Below are positions 60,201 to 64,000 of a stretch of DNA of 64,000 nucleotides, in pieces. Numbering within the stretch: position 1 is the stretch's first letter; each line of letters starts with the position of its first letter. The notes beneath the pieces were generated by a model. The model was not told where the DNA came from and did not search any database. It saw nothing but the letters and a program-made list of their open reading frames with translations. Origin of the DNA: Catajapyx aquilonaris (lineage: Eukaryota); assembly GCA_000934665.2 (NCBI GenBank), contig KZ537967.1, positions 62,001-126,000 of the forward strand, given 5' to 3'. Position numbers and translations under genes: made by a program.

Positions 60201-63200
60201 ATCTTTCATGGTGAGCGAAAAGCTGCCGGAGCTTTTAGCAAACGAATTCTGCAAATTTTTTTGGCCTCCAAAAATGGCATTTCCACATTTTTGCATGGTC
60301 CGATCGGCACAAGTGTAGTTATCACGTAATCGGTTAATCGGCGATTCAAGAGTGTACTGCATAGTACTTGTTCCGAGGGGAGGGTATGGTCCGGGCATTA
60401 CACCCCATGCATTAAATTCTCTTTTGTGCATGCCGCCTCGCTAGATTTTTCAAAAAACAGCACTCTGTCATTATTGCTCGATATAGGCTGCTGTATTGAC
60501 ATTAACGCAATTTGATAGGTCCCACCAAAAACAACAAAATTCGACGGAAATGTGACGTCACATGCCGTACTCTGGCGACGTGTATGCCAATAGTGCTTGC
60601 TATGGGGTCAGTCATGGTCAGTCACTGGAACCATACGTGTTATGGCCAACATTCCAACGAGTAATGGATACGTGGTTGATATAGAGAGCAAGGATGAACC
60701 TTTTTGCGCGCGCATGTCCTGTCAGTAAAAGTAACAACTTCCAGACAATACTCGATTGTTTCCTCCTCTGTTATTCACCCGTCTCAATGTGAAGTGAGAT
60801 ATTGAGAGCTTCAGAAAGCCAGTCCTCTCTATCCCCCGTCAATCAATTCCTGTATCCGGCTTAAAGTGAACCCACCCTCGTCTCTCTCCTCCGGGCTGTG
60901 TGCGAGGATTGATTAGCCCTGGATCCCCCGGGACAAATCTCAGGAAGCCAGTGGATCGTGATAAGTCCGCCCACAATCATCATCGGGCCAGCCACATCAA
61001 CGTCCCATCAGACGATGACAATGATGGATCCTTGGGCCCTCAGCAAGAGAACGGGCGCCAAAGGCCGTTCAATTAAAAGGAAACCGCTTGAAGCCATAAG
61101 CTCCTTTCTTTTTTAAAAAAGTAGATTACACCCATTTTGTGTTCGGGATAGTACTATCAAAATATGTCCATTTGATTTCAGATGGTATGCTGCAGCCCTT
61201 ATTGGCACAAGCACATGCACATTGTCGCCGATTAAGAGAATCTGAAGTGTAAGATGATTAAATTGTCATCCTAAGCTGTAGGCCAGTCCTGCAGCTTGGA
61301 TTTATGAGGCCGCACGCTCTAGCTCGCAGTGAATCGCTGACAAAAACGACACACCAGAGAGCGCTGGTGCCACGCTACCTCCTCCATTATTAATCCCCCA
61401 AAAAAACCTTCTACTTTTTTCTCTTCTCTACTCACACTACCTTTCTTTTTTTCAGAAGCTGCCACTCACATAACTCTGCCGGACATCCAGCATGAAGGAA
61501 ACGTGAAACGCAATGGCAAAATAGCATGGGCACTCAGCATGCGATGGAGGTAAGTCCATAAAAGCTTTCTCGCCAATTCAAGGTGTGCTCCCTAGATTTT
61601 TGTGTGTGTGTGTGTGCAAAAGGCCCTGAGTATAACTGATGTGGGAGGGGAAAAGGTGGGGGTAAATAATTCGCAGGATTTGACAGGTTAAAAAAAAGTG
61701 TACAAATGTCACAAGGTGGCAAAATTGGAGGTTGTTATAATTTTTGGAGTGATTTATAAGCTGTTTTGTGCTAATGCAGCAATAGGCAGTTTTTGGAAAT
61801 CTACTAGCTGTGGTCACGAAATGCTTGACAATAATTTTTAAATTACAGTAATTACGTTTAGGATTTAGTACAATGGTTTATCCTAACTGCTATGGGTCCC
61901 TCCACACAGGAGAGGATAAATGGTTGCGTTGAAGAGTCAGGATACCAATAATTGTGACAAACTTTTCGCCATTTTGTCTTACATGATCAGGTGTCCCCGA
62001 ATATTTTTTTGGGGACACCATCACCACTAGAGTACACAAGTGTGGGAGAGTGTCCCCTAGTAGGATTGTGTGTGCTTGGTACAAGCCTCTAATGTAGTAC
62101 AGGGCAGGGAAGGCAGCCGAGTGCATCTAGAATACCCGCTTATCACGCTTCGTTAGTCTCTGCGGTCTCTCCTGGCGTCCTTTGTCTCTTCCGGAGCAGA
62201 TTGAAATCAAACAGGGGCATTTGCAGACAAACAATCATTTCCACTCGAGCAGAAGCAGAAGAGAGATGTTCAATAGAGAGAGAGAGAGGCCTTGTACTTG
62301 TAAGGCAGGCCCGTTTTCTTTGGTAAAGGGGGGGCCGAATGGCTGCAATTATGGGCTGCCAAATCGGCATTCACTCGGAAACGGAAAATTAAGACCTCCG
62401 CAAAGCATAATGGTTGTCAGGCGGTGCTAATAAAGACTATTATCCAGTACCGGGGGCATATTGCAAGGCGGTGTTTTCCACTCTGCAGAGGGTTGTACCA
62501 ATCTACCCAGAAACACCAATTAAACGACCCGATTGTACTAACGAGCCTATCTGAATAGGACACGCATTCTAGTTTTGATGGGAAACGCAACTGTTTACTT
62601 CACTAATGTTGTTCGCGTGGGGGGCTCGACTGGTATATAAAACAGTCGTGTTTGATCCAGGCTTAAACACTAAAGCTCATGTTTTTCACAATGATAACAA
62701 AAAAATTATTATACCGATAACTACCTCCAAAACATAGCTAGTAACCACCTAATAAATCTTTCACGCCTAATATTATCAGAGCAAGATAAGCCGTTCGAGC
62801 ATGGTGTAGCATTCAAGAAAATGAAGACTACAAGCTTGTAATAAAACATCGGTTGCTGCCATGTTGTTGGGGGTCGGGACAAAAACCAGGCCTCTGATAA
62901 ACTCTGGAGCTTTTCCGTCAATAGAAATTCGGCTCACGCGAATGGCTCGCAACTCGCGTTAATCCTGATTTAAGACCAGGCAACTCCAGCCGACGCCATG
63001 AGATGCATATTTTTGCCAAACCCACTTTTATAACCGACAGTAAAAACCGCAGCTGGAGCCGATATTTTTCCTTACTGTTACCATATTTTTTTTCATTCGG
63101 AGGGGTGAGGGTTTTGGGGTCCCACCTTTGGTTTCAAAAAATTTGTTTCAGTTACAACCCGACTGCTGGTCCTAACCAAGACATACAGCCTGCCTAAAAT

Positions 63201-63320
63201 CCCGAAAGAGCCTGAACCGCATTTATCAGCTGAGGATTCGCGGTTTCTTTTTGGCCATCTCAAAAAAAGTGCATGTGCCTAAGGGTGGTTTGCTAAAAAC
63301 AGAAAATGTTAGTAGAATAA

Positions 63321-63794
63321 CAATTGGACGTTGTTATGCAATAATATGTCAACCCAAAAAAATATCACAGGGACATATGAGGGGTCTCACATCAAAAGCG
63401 GCTAAGTCCATTTTTGGCGGGTGTAACACAAATACGTCCAGCAATATTGTACGACGTATTTTAATGTCATTGGGTATTAATTGCACTTTTGAGTATGTAG
63501 CTGAGTCGTGGCAGCATATGAATGCAAAAAGTTTCACGATTGTACCAGTGAAAGTTAAGTAATAAGCAGTTTTTTCTCATTTTACGACCCGTTTTTTTGG
63601 ACTTAGCCGCTTTTGATCTACCCAAAGGATCGTACTTCTTCATTCAGTTAAAATCAAGCTGGCAAAATACTGTATGCATACTTCTGCCATAAATGATCGA
63701 AAAGGACACTGAATTAATTTCACAGTAAAAAGCCATTTTTCTCAAAACTGTTCTCATGTGGGTTGACTCATTATTGAATAACACCATCCATTTT
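63321..63794. mobile_element. MITE family X, copy B, interrupted by a second MITE
   Basis: CAATTGGACGTTGTTATGCAATAATATGTCAACCCA at left, TGGGTTGACTCATTATTGAATAACACCATCCA at right; interior matches 48794-48939. Confidence 0.75.
63382..63623. mobile_element. Nested MITE with 20-bp perfect IR core
   Basis: ATCAAAAGCGGCTAAGTCCA (63391-63410) / TGGACTTAGCCGCTTTTGAT (63598-63617); GGG...CCC outer ends; absent from family X copy A. Confidence 0.75.
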
Positions 63795-64000
63795 GCTTCA
63801 GGTCATTTGAACATAGTAAGGCTAATATTACCTATACCAATTGGAATTTCGGCCAGAATTGTCATGGTTGGACCACCATGTATAGATTCAGATAGGAAGT
63901 TGTTGTAGTATAATAAAACCGACGACTCCATCCCTTGGTCTCGTCGAGTCTTGTAAATCCTCCAAAACAAGGGACTGAACGACATATATGGCGGTTCTCC

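Overview
Eukaryotic, almost certainly animal and probably arthropod genomic DNA (divergent ionotropic receptor, TTAGG tracts, eukaryotic initiator tRNA, two scaffold N-gaps). The window is gene-poor. The only well-supported protein-coding gene is an intronless 664-aa divergent ionotropic receptor (IR, variant iGluR) at 30528-32522 (+). Two identical initiator tRNA-Met(CAT) genes sit head-to-head inside a ~400-bp inverted duplication at 53465-53871. The rest is non-coding DNA with many small non-autonomous DNA transposons (MITEs, several nested), minisatellites, microsatellites and poly-G/C tracts. Most notable: (1) synonymous codon composition in the IR switches along protein-domain boundaries (GC3-rich N-terminal and M1-P-M2 segments, GC3-poor S1/S2 ligand-binding lobes); (2) the tRNA-iMet palindrome has readable template-switch junctions; (3) a short dispersed repeat carries paired CTCF-like motifs, and there are CGATA/DRE-rich arrays. 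No prokaryotic-type system (CRISPR, operon) is present, and I cannot claim a proven new system from sequence alone.
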